64,000 nt of DNA from Eledone cirrhosa (GCA_964016885.1 OZ024764.1:4278001-4342000), one strand, 5' to 3'. Positions 50,985-64,000 are shown, counted from the first letter of the stretch. Translations and numbers: made by a program. Notes: a model not told the origin generated them from the letters alone.

Positions 50985-51281
50985 AGATATATATATGAAT
51001 GTACATTTTATATATTTAACAATATACAGGATCTTCATCATTTAACATCCATTTTCCACGCTAACATGTTTTATGTAAAGTATTTTGAAGGCCTGCTTTT
51101 GCTGAAGCTAGGAATGTGACAGTCACAGCCTTAAAATTTATAGTGAAAGGCCTTCATATGTTTTTCAGCCTTATGAATAATATAGCCATGGGGTAGATTG
51201 TGTGTGTGTGAGGAAGAGAGAGAGAGAGACTCAGAGAAAAAAAGAGGCAGACAGGGTGAGAGAGAGAGAGAGAGGGTTTAC

Positions 51282-51425
51282 CTTGTTTCCAACTGTGTCC
51301 ATCATGTGGGCAGCCTTCAAAACCAACAGCCGGGCCTGCTCTATCTCAATTCTGCTCTCACCTATAGCAGCTTGGACTAAACCTTGTTCAGAGAGGGGCT
51401 TACCAAATGCAACCCTACTAGCAGA
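51282..51425 (-). CDS. ACAD10: ACAD10-like exon (144 nt)
   Basis: tctacAG|[48 protein letters not shown]|GTaaa; phase 0/0. Confidence 0.94.
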
Positions 51426-51639
51426 CTGTAGATAGAGAGATAGATAAACAGTCAGACTGATAGATGGGTACAGACAGACAGACAGCTGTGAGGACACACA
51501 GACAGGCAGATAGACAGCGGTGAGGACACACAGACAGACAGATAGACAGCGGTGAGGACAGAGACAGATAAATACTATAGAGATAAATATTATGTGGCCT
51601 TCATCTTGCTTTTTAGAGTTCGACCTTTCAGAATATTTT

Positions 51640-53296
51640 CATCATCATCATCATTTTACGTCCCCTCTTCTCTGCTTGCAAGGGTGGGACAGGTCCTCTT
51701 CAGCACAGCATCTCTCCACTTGTCACGGTCCTTCGTCATCTCCTCCGTGAGCTTCAGCAATCTGAGGTCTGCTCTCACCACCTCCACCCATGTCTTCCGT
51801 GGTCTACCTCTACTGTGTCTTCCTTCTACTGGGATTTCTTGGCACTTCTTTACCCAGCGGTCATCCTCCATGCACATCACATGTCCATACCATCTGAGTC
51901 TTCTCTCCCACACACTACAACTTATCCCTCTTATACACAGTTTCTCTCTCAACACATCACATGTCCATACCATCTGTCTTCTCTCCCACACACCACAACT
52001 TATCTCTCTTATACCCAGTTTCTCTCTCAACACATCACATATCCATACCATCTCAGTCTTCTCTCCCACACACTACAACTTATCCCTCTTATACACAGTT
52101 TCTCTCTCAACTCATCACATGTCCATACCATCTCAGTCTTCTCTCCCACACACCACAACTTATCCCTCTTATACCCAGTTTCTCTCTCAACACATCACAT
52201 GTCCATACCATCTCAGTCTTCTCTCCCACACACTACAACTTATCCCTCTTATACACAGTTTCTCTCTCAACACATCACATGTCCATACCATCTCAGTCTT
52301 CTCTCCCACACACTACAACTTATCCCTCTTATACACAGTTTCTCTCTCAACACATCACATGTCCATACCATCTGTCTTCTCTCCCACACACCACAACTTA
52401 TCTCTCTTATACCCAGTTTCTCTCTCAACACATCACATGTCCATACCATCTCAGTCTTCTCTCCCACACATTACAACTTATCCCTCTTATACCCAGTTTC
52501 TCTCTCAACACATCACATGTCCATACCATCTCAGACTTCTCTCCCACACACCACAACTTATCTCTCTTATACCCAGTTTCTCTCTCAACACATCACATAT
52601 CCATACCATCTCAGTCTTCTCTCCCACACACTACAACTTATCCCTCTTATACACAGTTTCTCTCTCAACACATCACATGTCCATACCATCTCAGTCTTCT
52701 CTCCCACACACTACAACTTATCCCTCTTATACACAGTTTCTCTCTCAACTCATCACATGTCCATACCATCTCAGTCTTCTCTCCCACACACCACAACTTA
52801 TCCCTCTTATACCCAGTTTCTCTCTCAACACATCACATGTCCATACCATCTCAGTCTTCTCTCCCACACACTACAACTTATCCCTCTTATACACAGTTTC
52901 TCTCTCAACACATCACATGTCCATACCATCTCAGTCTTCTCTCCCACACACTACAACTTATCCCTCTTATACACAGTTTCTCTCTCAACACATCACATGT
53001 CCATACCATCTCAGTCTTCTCTCCCACACACTACAACTTATCCCTCTTATACCCAGTTTCTCTCTCAACACAGCCATGCTCGGTCGTTTACAGACATTGA
53101 CATTGCACATCTAATGGAGCATGCTTGCTTCATTTCTCTCCAGCCGTCGCATATCCTCTGCAGTTGCTGCCCATGTCTCACTACCATGCAGCATCACGCA
53201 TCGGCATCATATAACCTGCCTTTCATTTGCAGGAAGAAACGCTTCTTTGTCAACAGAGGAAGCAGCTCCGTAAACTTTTTCCAACCCGTCCTTATT
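51640..53296 (-). mobile_element. 5'-truncated RTE LINE with an 80-bp coding segment amplified ~15x in tandem (51872-53070)
   Basis: Unit encodes [26 protein letters not shown]; flanks are contiguous RTE sequence; (GAT)n tail at 51640. Confidence 0.9.
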
Positions 53297-53539
53297 CACT
53301 GGTTTTCATTAGATTACATAATTTTGACAGTGACTGGCTCTAATAGTTGTTCCAATGCTCAAAAGTAGCCCCCCAATGGAATATGTTGCACACCCTGGTT
53401 TAGATGATGCATGTATTAGATGGGTTGTCTGTCAGGTTATGAGACAAGATGTGGTGACCCCAACTTGTATATACAGATCTCTATTTTGGCTTGGTTTCTT
53501 CAGCTGGATGCCATTTCACAATGCCAACCACATTAGTGT

Positions 53540-54950
53540 AAGCTGGGTGCATTTTGTCGTGACACCTACATGACCACTTTACAGTGTGGACTGGGTGAAT
53601 TTTGTCGTGACACCTACATGACCACTTTACAGTGTGGACTGGGTACTTTTTGTCGTGACACCTACACAACCACTTTACAGTGTGGGCTGGATGCTTTTTG
53701 TTGTGACACCTACACAACCACTTTACAGTGTGAACTGGGTACTTTTTGTTGTGACACCTACATGACCACTTTACAGTGTGGACTGGGTACTTTTTGTTGT
53801 GACACCTACATGACCACTTTACAGTGTGGGCTGGATGCTTTTTGTTGTGACACCTACACAACCACTTTACAGTGTGAACTGGGTACTTTTTGTTGTGACA
53901 CCTACATGACCACTTTACAGTGTGGACTGGGTACTTTTTGTCGTGACACCTACATGACCACTTTACAGTGTGGACTGGGTACTTTTTGTTGTGACACCTA
54001 CATGACCACTTTACAGTGTGGGCTGGATGCTTTTTGTTGTGACACCTACACAACCACTTTACAGTGTGAACTGGGTACTTTTTGTTGTGACACCTACATG
54101 ACCACTTTACAGTGTGGACTGGGTACTTTTTGTCGTGACACCTACATGACCACTTTACAGTGTGGGCTGGATGCTTTTTGTTGTGACACCTACACAACCA
54201 CTTTACAGTGTGAACTGGGTACTTTTTGTTGTGACACCTACATGACCACTTTACAGTGTGGACTGGGTACTTTTTGTTGTGACACCTACATGACCACTTT
54301 ACAGTGTGGACTGGGTACTTTTTGTTGTGACACCTACATGACCACTTTACAGTGTGGACTGGGTACTTTTTGTCGTGACACCTACATGACCACTTTACAG
54401 TGTGGGCTGGATGCTTTTTGTTGTGACACCTACACAACCACTTTACAGTGTGAACTGGGTACTTTTTGTTGTGACACCTACATGACCACTTTACAGTGTG
54501 GACTGGGTACTTTTTGTTGTGACACCTACATGACCACTTTACAGTGTGGACTGGGTACTTTTTGTTGTGACACCTACATGACCACTTTACAGTGTGGACT
54601 GGGTACTTTTTGTTGTGACACCTACATGACCACTTTACAGTGTGGACTGGGTACTTTTTGTTGTGACACCTACATGACCACTTTACAGTGTGGACTGGGT
54701 GCATTTTGTCGTGACACCTACATGACCACTTTACAGTGTGGACTGAGTACTTTTTGTTGTGACACCTACATGACTACTTTACAGTGTGGACTGGGTGTTG
54801 TTTGTTGTGACACCTACATGACCACTTTACAGTGTGGACTGGGTACTTTTGTTGTGACACCTACATGACCATCTTTCAGTGTGAACTGGAAGCTTTTTGT
54901 CGTGACACCACACAACCACTGAACTGTGTGGACTGGTCACTGTTTACCAT
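53540..54950 (-). repeat. 48-bp satellite (~29 units), same family as 16086 in opposite orientation, continuous with an RTE-like 3' UTR
   Basis: Reverse complement of the 16086 unit; preceded by CAGCTGGATGCC 3' UTR motif at ~53500. Confidence 0.93.
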
Positions 54951-55224
54951 AGCACCAAAATGACCACCTAACAGAGTGCACTGTGTCATTTTTATCATGT
55001 CACCAGCACAACCACATTACAGGCTGAACTGGGTACTTTTGTTCTTGTGCCACCAGATCGGTATATATTTTAAATTGAGGTTTTGTAGGTCCTGTAAATA
55101 AGTTACATGCTAGTTTTCTGGGTCAAATTTTCGTAGAAAAAAGGGGACAATTTAGTAAATACTGCACATTGTATGAGAAATACAGTTACAACAGGGTTTT
55201 AAAACCCTCTGCAAAACACCTTAC

Positions 55225-55397
55225 CCTGTTTATCATCAAGGACAGTGCCCTCTCGGCCATACCAATAAGTCGCATACAATGATGGATTCGTCCTGGCCCT
55301 AATCTTCCTTGTGCAATTTCAAAACCTCGGCCTTCCCCAAGAAGGAGGTTTTCAACAGGGACCCTCACATCTTTAAACACAAGTTCTCCATGGCCCA
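55225..55397 (-). CDS. ACAD10: ACAD10-like exon (173 nt)
   Basis: cttacAG|(V)[57 protein letters not shown]|GTaag; phase 1/0. Confidence 0.96.
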
Positions 55398-55718
55398 CTG
55401 TAAGAGAAAGAGGAAGGGGAAGGGGAAGAATTAGAGGCTGAAAACTGTAAATTAACTATTTTAACAAGTACACACACACACACATGATATATATATATAT
55501 TCCAGCGTGTCTCCCTTGCCGTCCTCCATGGAAAACGCCTTCTCCATTCTGACCGCCGGGGCTGTGGGTGGGCCCCATCGCGTAACGTTGTAGTTGTAGT
55601 AGAAGAAACAGGAAGACAACAATTGGAAAGTTTGATTTTCAACTTTATCTTTTACTTCTGCACTGAAATCGTAATATACATATATTGTTAGTGTGGACGA
55701 ACGGGCGTAAAACGGTGA

Positions 55719-55760
<42 letters not shown>

Positions 55761-55803
55761 TAAAATAAATAAGTCAAATGTTTAAAATTTGGCTCCGTTT
55801 ATT

Positions 55804-55858
55804 ACTGCTATATATATTTCAGTGACAGTCATCTTTGGCTGTGACCTCTTCAGGCAGT
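55804..55858 (-). ncRNA. Minimal hammerhead ribozyme on the ACAD10 sense strand (left arm of inverted repeat ~55761-56108)
   Basis: ACTGC-CTGAAGA-GGTCACAGCCA(AAGA)TGACTGTCACT-GAAA-T(ATAT)A-TA-GCAGT. Confidence 0.8.
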
Positions 55859-56009
55859 CCGAATTAGTGTGGTATAGACGAGTACACATGTTGTTGAGGT
55901 GTTTAACTTTGTCAATACTCTGATATGCCCAGTTCCTGGTTGGGTTGTTATTTCACTGAGGAACTGGAATCATATGATATGTGTACTCGTCTATACCACA
56001 CTAATTCGG

Positions 56010-56064
56010 ACTGCCTGAAGAGGTCACAGCCAAATTTGGCTGTCACCGAAATATATATAGCAGT
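56010..56064 (+). ncRNA. Minimal type-I hammerhead ribozyme (PLE type)
   Basis: ACTGC-CTGAAGA-GGTCACAGCCAAATTTGGCTGTCACC-GAAA-T(ATAT)A-TA-GCAGT, followed by AATAAA. Confidence 0.87.
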
Positions 56065-56138
56065 AATAAACGAAGCCAAATTTTAAACATTGGACTTTTT
56101 TATTTTATTTTATTTTATTTTATTTTATATATATATAT

Positions 56139-56171
<33 letters not shown>

Positions 56172-56178
56172 CATAAAT

Positions 56179-56510
56179 GGAGGCACATGGCTTAGTGGTT
56201 AGAGCATTGGCCTTGCAATCGAAAGGTTGTGAGTTCAATTCTCAGGCCGGGTGATGTGTTGCAAGACACTTTATTTCACGTTGCTCCAGTTTACTCAGCT
56301 GTAGAAATGAGATGATAGGGACTGGGGTTCATATCATTCCACTACAAAGTGGTCGTGGAGGTGCCACAGCAAAAAAGCACCCACCACTCACTGTAAATGA
56401 GGTTGGTGTTAGGAAGGGCATCCAGCTGTAGAAATCAAGCCAGAATCAGTTCCCGTCCCACCCTTGCAAGCAGGGGAAAGCGGACGTAAAATGATGATGA
56501 TGATGATGAT
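56179..56510 (+). mobile_element. CORE-type SINE
   Basis: A/B boxes and RTE-like tail as in the 14300 copy. Confidence 0.9.
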
Positions 56511-56514
56511 ATAT

Positions 56515-57138
56515 ATCTTTTTCGCCTTATCTCTCTTGCTCTGAGCCGGTGCTACAGTAAAGCCAGAGTCCTGGTGTTTCTACAGTGCATACAATAGTCC
56601 ACTACGATGATAAAAAGGTAGGGAGCCTATGTATCTCCCTGGACCACTCCAGCCAGTATCTCAAAGAACTCTGTCATACCATCAGGTGTAATGACTTGGG
56701 CTTTGGTGTTGGTGTAGAGCAGTGATATCAGGTCCACTATCTTCTTGGGGATTCCATAAGCCTGTAAGATCTTCATCAGGCAGTGACGGTCCACAGAATC
56801 AAAGGCCTTCCTAAAGTCAATGAAAACCATGACTGCAGGATGAAAAACTCAGAGCTGTACGGGAGCCTCCCAAAAGTCAGCTCAAAAGTGACGCAGAGGA
56901 GACTGAGGTTAGCTGGACATGCTCACCGACATCCAGAGTTGACACTGCACTCAGTGCTCCTGTGGGATCCCCTGCATGGACACACTGGAAGAGGAAGACC
57001 GAGGTTGACATATGTTGATGCCCTTTGGACAGACACTGGTCTGTTGGAGACGCAGGACATGGCAGCGCAGCGATAATGAGGGACAGAGACCGCTGGAGAG
57101 AACTCGTCCATGGATCTCGGGAATTTTACCCACCTTAG
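56515..57138 (+). mobile_element. RTE-X-like LINE with inverted 5' segment (56515-56830 minus; 56832-57138 plus)
   Basis: Minus FIDFRKAFDSVDR...GVVQGDT; plus RMKNSEL...EFYPP*. Confidence 0.85.
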
Positions 57139-57734
57139 ATATATATATATCAGATAAGGTGTGGTAAAAAACCAGGTGGACCATAACACACCAGAGTACT
57201 CAATACTTGGGGTAGTAGAGTGGGTAATAGGAAAAGAGTCAGGACCCCAAATCAGAGAAGAATTGAGGACCATTGAGAGTTTTAGGGCTTCAACCCTTTA
57301 ACATTTACACATACACCACACACTCACATATACAGCACACACATACACATGCACACACACATACACATGCACACATATACAGCACACACATACATACCAC
57401 ACACACATATACACATGCACACACACACATACACATACACCACACAGACCATACCCACACACATACATACACCATACCCACACATACATACACCATACCC
57501 ACACATACGCACCATACACACATACACACACCATATCCACACACACCACACACCACACCATATCCACACACACCACACACCACACCACATGCTACACATA
57601 CAGAAAAAATGTATTTATTCAATTTAAACGTCCGTATAGAGCTAGTAAGCCATGACAGACTGTGGGAAGTATTGAGTACTCCTTATAGTTAGTAATCTAG
57701 TGAGACAGGTAATAACTCCTAAATATGTCCTTAC

Positions 57735-57893
57735 CTGGTGCATCATCATATCCAAATACAGACAGGGGTCTCACCACAGTCAGCCCTTCTGTATCCATGG
57801 GAACAAGGATCATGCTCTGTTGGGCGTGCTTTGGTTGAGTGAGGTCGGTCTTCCCCATGAAGATACATATACGACAACGAGGGTCCATAGCTC
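57735..57893 (-). CDS. ACAD10: ACAD10-like exon (159 nt)
   Basis: tttaaAG|(G)[52 protein letters not shown]|GTaag; phase 1/1. Confidence 0.95.
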
Positions 57894-57949
57894 CTTTAAA
57901 TAGATACAGAGACAGAGAAGAATTAAAGGCCATTGAGAGTTTTAGGGTT

Positions 57950-58727
57950 TTAACCCTTTACCATTTACATTACTCTATATATACTATTGTATTGTCACAG
58001 TAAAGGCTTTACCTCACATATCTCCCATAACATTTACATTACTCTATATATACTATTGTATTTTCACAGTAAAGGCTTTACCTCACATAATATCTCACAT
58101 ACCATTTACATTACTCTATATATACTATTGTATTTTCACAGTAAAGGCTTTATCTCACATAATATCTCAAATAACATTTACATTACTCTATATATACTAT
58201 TATATTTTCATGGTAAAGGCTTTACCTCACATAATACCTCACATAACATTTACATTACTCTATATATACTATTGTATTTTCACAGTAAAGGCTTTACCTC
58301 ACATAATATCTCACATAACATTTACATTACTCTATATATACTATTGTATTGTCACAGTAAAGGCTTTATCTCACATAATATCTCACATAACATTTACATT
58401 ACTCTATATATACTATTATATTTTCATGGTAAAGGCTTTACCTCACATAATACCTCACATAACATTTACATTACTCTATATATACTATTGTATTTTCACA
58501 GTAAAGGCTTTACCTCACATAATATCTCACATAACATTTACATTACTCTATATATACTATTGTATTTTCACAGTCAAGGCTTTACCTCACATAATACCTC
58601 ACATACCATTTACATTACTCTATATATACTATTGTATTTTCACAGTAAAGCCTTTACCTTGCATAATATTGAATATATGAGATTTTGATGTTATTTATTT
58701 TAAGAACAATACATTAACATAAGTATA
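57950..58727 (-). mobile_element. Truncated piggyBac-type MITE with 72-bp satellite, opposite orientation
   Basis: TTAACCCTTTACCATTTAC end, ~10 satellite units, then part of the unique arm. Confidence 0.8.
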
Positions 58728-58737
58728 GATAAAATAT

Positions 58738-59619
58738 ATAGTCATAGTGTTGTTTTGTACTAAATGTTTATAGTATCTTTACCTGGGGACAGATTGTTGT
58801 AAAAATTTACAGTTATACAGTAAAGACTAATATTTAATGTGATGTAGTCATAGTGTTGTTTTGTACTAAATGTTTATAGTATCTTTACTGGTAGACAGAC
58901 TGTTGTGAAAATTTACAGTATTAGAGTAAAGACTTTAATATTTAATGTGATGTAGTCATAGTGTTGTTTTGTACTAAATGTTTATAGTATCTTTACTGGT
59001 GGACAGATTGTTGTGAACATTTACAGTATTACAGTAAAGACTTTAGTATTTAATGTGATGTAGTCATAGTGTTGTTTTGTACTAAATGTTTATAGTATCT
59101 TTACTGATAGACAGACTGTTGTGAAAATTTACAGTATTAGAGTAAAGACTTTAATATTTAATGTGATGTAGTCATAGTGTTGTTTTGTACTAAATGTTTA
59201 TAGTATCTTTACTGGTGGACAGATGGTTGTGAACATTTACAGTATTACAGTAAATACTTTAGTATTTAATGTGATGTAGTCATAGTGTTGTTTTGTACTA
59301 AATGTTTATAGTATCTTTACTGGTGGACAGACTGTTGTGAACATTTACAGTATTACAGTAAATACTTTAGTATTTAATGTGATGTAGTCATAGTGTTGTT
59401 TTGTACTAAATGTTTATAGTATCTTTACTGGTGGACAGACTGTTGTGAATATTTACAGTATTACAGTAAAGACTTTAATATTTAATGTGATGTAGTCATA
59501 GTGTTGTTTTGTACTAAATGTTTATAGTATCTTTACTGGTGGACAGATTGTTGTGAATATTTACAGTATTACAGTAAAGACTTTAATATTTAATGTGATG
59601 TAGTCATAGTGTTGTTTTG
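58738..59619. repeat. 108-bp tandem satellite (~8 units)
   Basis: GTCATAGTGTTGTTTTG recurs at 58741, 58847, 58955 and onward. Confidence 0.93.
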
Positions 59620-59692
59620 AAGTATCTTGCTAATGTGGTTTCATGTGGAACAGGATGTTAAGAGTTAGAGTTAGTAAGGGGAGAAAACTCAC

Positions 59693-59783
59693 CTGAGGTC
59701 CACCATTTGTGACCATTGAGGATGTAGTTGTCTCGATCTCGGACAATTGATGACTGAATGTTTGTTGCATCAGACGATGCCAC
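59693..59783 (-). CDS. ACAD10: ACAD10-like exon (91 nt)
   Basis: tattcAG|[30 protein letters not shown](G)|GTgag; phase 0/1. Confidence 0.95.
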
Positions 59784-59844
59784 CTGAATATAGAAGTACA
59801 GCACAGAGGTCACCTTTGGTGAAGATCTGAGGAGGGAAGGGCTG

Positions 59845-61410
59845 TGTTTGGTGTGTGGTTGTGTTTGTGGTAATGTGTGTGTGGTTGTGTTTGTGTGTGT
59901 ATGTGTGTGTATGATTGTGTGTGTGTGTTTGTGTGTCTGTATTTGTGTGTGTGTATTTGAGTATGTGGCTGTGTTTATGTGTTAATGTGTGGTTCTGTGT
60001 GTTCATGTGTGTGTGGTTGTGTTTGTGGTAATGTGTGTGTGGTTGTGTTTGTGGTAATATGTGTGTGGTTGTGTTTGTGGTAATATGTGTGTGGTTGTAT
60101 GTGTGTGGTTGTGTTTGTGTGTGTATGTGTGTGTATGATTGTGTGTGTGTGTTTGTGTGTCTGTATTTGTGTGTCTGTATTTGTGTGTGTGTGTGTGTGT
60201 ATTTGAGTATGTGGCTGTGTTTATGTGTTAATGTGTGGTTCTGTGTGTTCATGTGTGTGTGGTTGTGTTTGTGGTAATGTGTGTGTGGTTGTGTTTGTGG
60301 TAATGTGTGTGTGGTTGTGTTTGTGGTAATGTGTGTGTGGTTGTGTTTGTGGTAATGTGTGTGTGGTTGTGTTTGTGGTAATGTGTGTGTGGTTGTGTTT
60401 GTGGTAATGTGTGTGGTTGTATGTGTGTGTGGTTGTGTTTGTGTGTGTATGTGTGTGTATGATTGTGTGTGTGTGTTTGTGTGTCTGTATTTGTGTGTGT
60501 GTATTTGAGTATGTGGCTGTGTTTATGTGTTAATGTGTGGTTCTGTGTGTTCATGTGTGTGTGGTTGTGTTTGTGGTAATGTGTGTGTGGTTGTGTTTGT
60601 GGTAATGTGTGTGTGGTTGTGTTTGTGGTAATATGTGTGTGGTTGTGTTTGTGGTAATGTGTGTGGTTGTATGTGTGTGTGGTTGTGTTTGTGTGTGTAT
60701 GTGTGTGTATGATTGTGTGTGTGTGTTTGTGTGTCTGTATTTGTGTGTGTGTGTGTGTGTATTTGAGTATGTGGCTGTGTTTATGTGTTAATGCGTGTGG
60801 TTCTGTGTGTTCGTGTGTGTGTGGTTGTGAGTGTTTATGTGTGTGTGAGAGAGAGAGAAAGAAAGGTTGGTATGGTGATGTAAGACCCACCCCACCACCA
60901 CCACCACCACCACCATCACCTATGACAACAACAACAACTGTGCACCCCGACCATAACAATCACCATTGCCTACACTACCACCACCACCACTACACCACAC
61001 CACCACTACACCACAACCACTACACTACTCCACACCACCACCACTACACCACCACCACCACTACTCCACACCACCACCACTACACCACATCACCACCACT
61101 ACACCACACCAGCCCCGCCACCACTACTACACCACCACAACCACTACTACACTACACCACCACTACACCACCACTACCACACCACCACCACTACACCACC
61201 ACCACTACTACACCACCACAACCACCACTACACCACCACCACTACACCACACTACACCACTACCACTACCACACCACCACCACTACACCATCACACCATT
61301 CTACCAAAAAAAACCACCCCCCACTATCCCCCTCCCACCACTACACCACCATTACACCACCACCACCCTACCCCCCACCATCCTACCCTACTGCCACCAC
61401 CAACAACAAC
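59845..61410. repeat. GT-rich compound minisatellite followed by (CCA/CTA)n low-complexity tract
   Basis: Direct reading; intronic. Confidence 0.9.
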
Positions 61411-61421
61411 AAGGTACCTAC

Positions 61422-61559
61422 ATTAGGTTCTGTCATAGCAAAACAAGACCTGACTGAGCCCTCAAGAAGTGGGGTCAACCATTTCCTTTTCTGTTCTGGG
61501 GTCCCATATTTTACCAAAACCTCCATGTTTCCTGTGTCTGGGGCTGAGCAGTTGAACAC
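61422..61559 (-). CDS. ACAD10: ACAD10-like exon (138 nt)
   Basis: cctcaAG|[46 protein letters not shown]|GTagg; phase 0/0. Confidence 0.96.
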
Positions 61560-62020
61560 CTTGAGGGATAGATAGAGAATTTAGGGGTTAGGAGGGGTAT
61601 ATAGAGAATTTAGGGGTTAGGAGGGGTATATAGATAATTTAGGGGTTAGGAGTGTCACAGAATTTAAGAAATTGGGACAGAGTAGTAATTATAAACACAC
61701 ACACAAATGCACATACACACACACACACACATATATACACAGACACACACACAGATGCACTTATACACTCACACTGACACACACATATATACATACACAT
61801 ACACACTCACACTGACACACACATAGAAACACACATTGATGCACACATACACACTAACACACACATACACAGACACACACATACATATGCATATACACTA
61901 ACACACATACATACACAGAAACACACATTGCTACACACAGACCACACACACACATTGATGCACACACACATACAAACTGACCCCCTGTGCCTATGTTCCC
62001 CTGAAACCCCTAAAACTTAC

Positions 62021-62161
62021 CTCAGAAGCCCACTGTATAGTCCCCATCTGTTCACAGAGGAAGGTGTATTCAACATTGGTCAATCCGGCCCCATATTTTG
62101 CCTCAACATCGATATGTAGGGGCAGGAATAGATTCCACAGGCCCTGCTCTTTGGCCTTCAC
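62021..62161 (-). CDS. ACAD10: ACAD10-like exon (141 nt)
   Basis: ttcctAG|[47 protein letters not shown]|GTaag; phase 0/0. Confidence 0.95.
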
Positions 62162-62439
62162 CTAGGAACAAACATAAAAACACAGAGATGATAAAATAGG
62201 GGTTAGATTTTGTGGCTGGCGTGGGGGTGGTGGGTAGGGACACACAGGTTCTGATCTATGGAGGTTGTGTACCTTTGACAACACAAACTATGAAACTACT
62301 AGTTCTTTCTGGTGATAATGACGATGATTGGATAAGAAAGGGGATGAGGATGGTGGTGGAGATAATGTCAGGGAATGAGAGAGACACAGTAATTGTGAGA
62401 GAGAGTGTGAACGAAAGAGAGAGACTGTGAAGAAGAGAG

Positions 62440-63290
62440 AGAGTGAACAAAAGTGAGAGAGAGAGAGAGTGTGAACAACACAGTAAATGGGAGAGGGAGG
62501 GTTAACGAGGGAGAAAGAGAGAGTTAACGAGAGACAGAGAGAGACAGTAAACGTGAAAGAGAGAGTTAACGAGAGAGAGAGAGACAGTAAATGTGAAAGA
62601 GAGAGTTAATGAGAGAGAGAGAGACAGTAAACGTGAAAGAGAGAGTTAACGAGAGAGAGGGAGAGACAGTAAACGTGAAAGAGAGTTAACGAGAGAGAGA
62701 GACAGTAAATGTGAAAGAGAGAGTTAACGAGAGAGAGAGAGAGACAGTAAATGTGAAAGAGAGAGTTAACGAGAGAGAGAGACAGTAAACGTGAAAGAGA
62801 GAGTTAACGAGAGAGAGAGAGAGAGTTAACGTGAAAGAGAGTTAACGAGAGAGAGAGACAGTAAACGTGAAAGAGAGAGTTAACGAGAGAGAGAGAGTTA
62901 ACAAGAGAGACTGAGAGAGGGAGAGAGAGTTAATGAGAGAGAGGGAGAGAGAGTTAACGAGAGACAGAGAGAGACAGTAAATGAGAGAGAGGGAGAGAGT
63001 TAACGAGGGAGAGAGAGAGTTAACGAGAGGGAGAGAGAGAGACAGTAAACGTGAAAGAGAGAGTTAACGAGAGAGAGAGACAGTAAACGTGAAAGAGAGA
63101 GTTAACAAGAGAGACTGAGAGAGGGAGAGAGAGTTAATGAGAGAGAGGGAGAGAGAGTTAACGAGAGACAGAGAGAGAGGGAGAGAGAGAGTTAACGAGA
63201 CAGAGAGAGACAGTAAATGAGAGAGTTAATGAGAGAGAGGGAGAGAGTTAACGAGTGGGAGAGAGAGAGAGAGAGAGAGTTAACGAGAGG
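62440..63290. repeat. GA-rich minisatellite (GAGAGTTAAC / GACAGTAAACGTGAAA)
   Basis: Direct reading. Confidence 0.9.
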
Positions 63291-63304
63291 TGTGGCTAAC
63301 TCAC

Positions 63305-63471
63305 CTTCAGTTCCTCGATAGGTTGAAACGGGGTCCACTTTTTGTCCGAGTGAATGTGTTGTAGAAAGGAGGACTCCAGAGGTAGGATGTGGTCAGTGAT
63401 GAATGTCTTCACTTCACCATACAGCTCCTGACAACGGGGAGAAAGGCTGGCCACTGTTAAGGGCATCAGTG
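63305..63471 (-). CDS. ACAD10: ACAD10-like exon (167 nt); most upstream exon in the window, gene continues beyond 64000
   Basis: tttccAG|LMPLTVASLSPRCQELYGEVKTFITDHILPLESSFLQHIHSDKKWTPFQPIEELK|GTgag; resembles the start of the ACAD10 dehydrogenase domain. Confidence 0.9.
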
Positions 63472-63629
63472 CTGGAAATAGGGATCAGAAAACATCCAGA
63501 ACAATCACCACATGGTATCACATCCAACAATCCCGACCAGAGCTGAGTGAACTGGAGCAACGTGAAATAAAGTGTCTTGCTCAAGGACACAATGCATCAC
63601 CTTGTCTGGAAATTCACAACCTTTCGATT

Positions 63630-63971
63630 GGAGGCACATAGCTTAGTGGTTAGAGCATTGGTCTTGCAATCGAAAGGTTGTGAGTTCAATTCTCAGACCG
63701 GGTGATGTGTTGTTTCCTTGAGCAAGGCACTTTATTTCACATTGCTCCAGTTTACTCAGCTGTAGAAATGAGATGATAGGGACTGGGGTCCCTATCATTC
63801 CACTGTAAAGTGGTCGTGGGGGTGCCACAGCAAAAAAGCACCCAGCACTCACTGTAAATGAGGTTGGTGTTAGGAAGGGCATCCAGCTGTAGAAATCAAG
63901 CCAGAATCAGTTCCCATCTCACCCTTGCAAGCAGGGAGAAGCGAACGTAAAATGATGATGATGATGATGAT
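63630..63971 (+). mobile_element. CORE-type SINE, preceded by an inverted partial copy (63541-63630)
   Basis: A/B boxes, CORE-like segment and RTE-like tail. Confidence 0.9.
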
Positions 63972-64000
63972 TGCAGGCCCAATATGGATTTTCCTTTCTG

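Noticed and set aside
60661-61575. His/Thr/Pro-rich ORF on the plus strand
   Set aside because: (CCA/CTA)n low complexity running antisense into an ACAD10 exon.
61575-61665. Telomere-like TTAGGGG repeats
   Set aside because: A 29-bp intronic minisatellite x3, not (TTAGGG)n.

Overview
Repeat-saturated metazoan genomic DNA, most likely a coleoid cephalopod such as Octopus (inferred from the massive (TA)n/(CA)n tracts, tRNA-headed CORE- and Meta-type SINEs, and RTE LINEs with (GAT)n tails). Nearly all ORFs in the six-frame track are microsatellite or satellite artefacts. Supported content: (1) the last nine coding exons of an ACAD10-like acyl-CoA dehydrogenase gene on the minus strand (63471 down to 44902), all with GT-AG boundaries and consistent phases; (2) an intact full-length two-ORF Tx1/L1-clade retrotransposon (29803-35446, minus) nested in a 72-bp satellite that lies inside a TTAA-flanked piggyBac-type MITE; (3) three short 3' stubs of the same Tx1 family stacked at one (GATA)n site, two with 16-18 bp TSDs, suggesting a microsatellite-targeting family; (4) about a dozen minimal type-I hammerhead ribozyme motifs of the Penelope-like-element type, many in long inverted repeats and two on the sense strand of ACAD10 introns; (5) several satellites visibly derived from transposon pieces, including a 126-bp Tx1/SINE chimera; (6) many RTE, RTE-X-like and CR1 fragments and SINEs. 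All alignments and RNA folds were made by eye; no database search was run.
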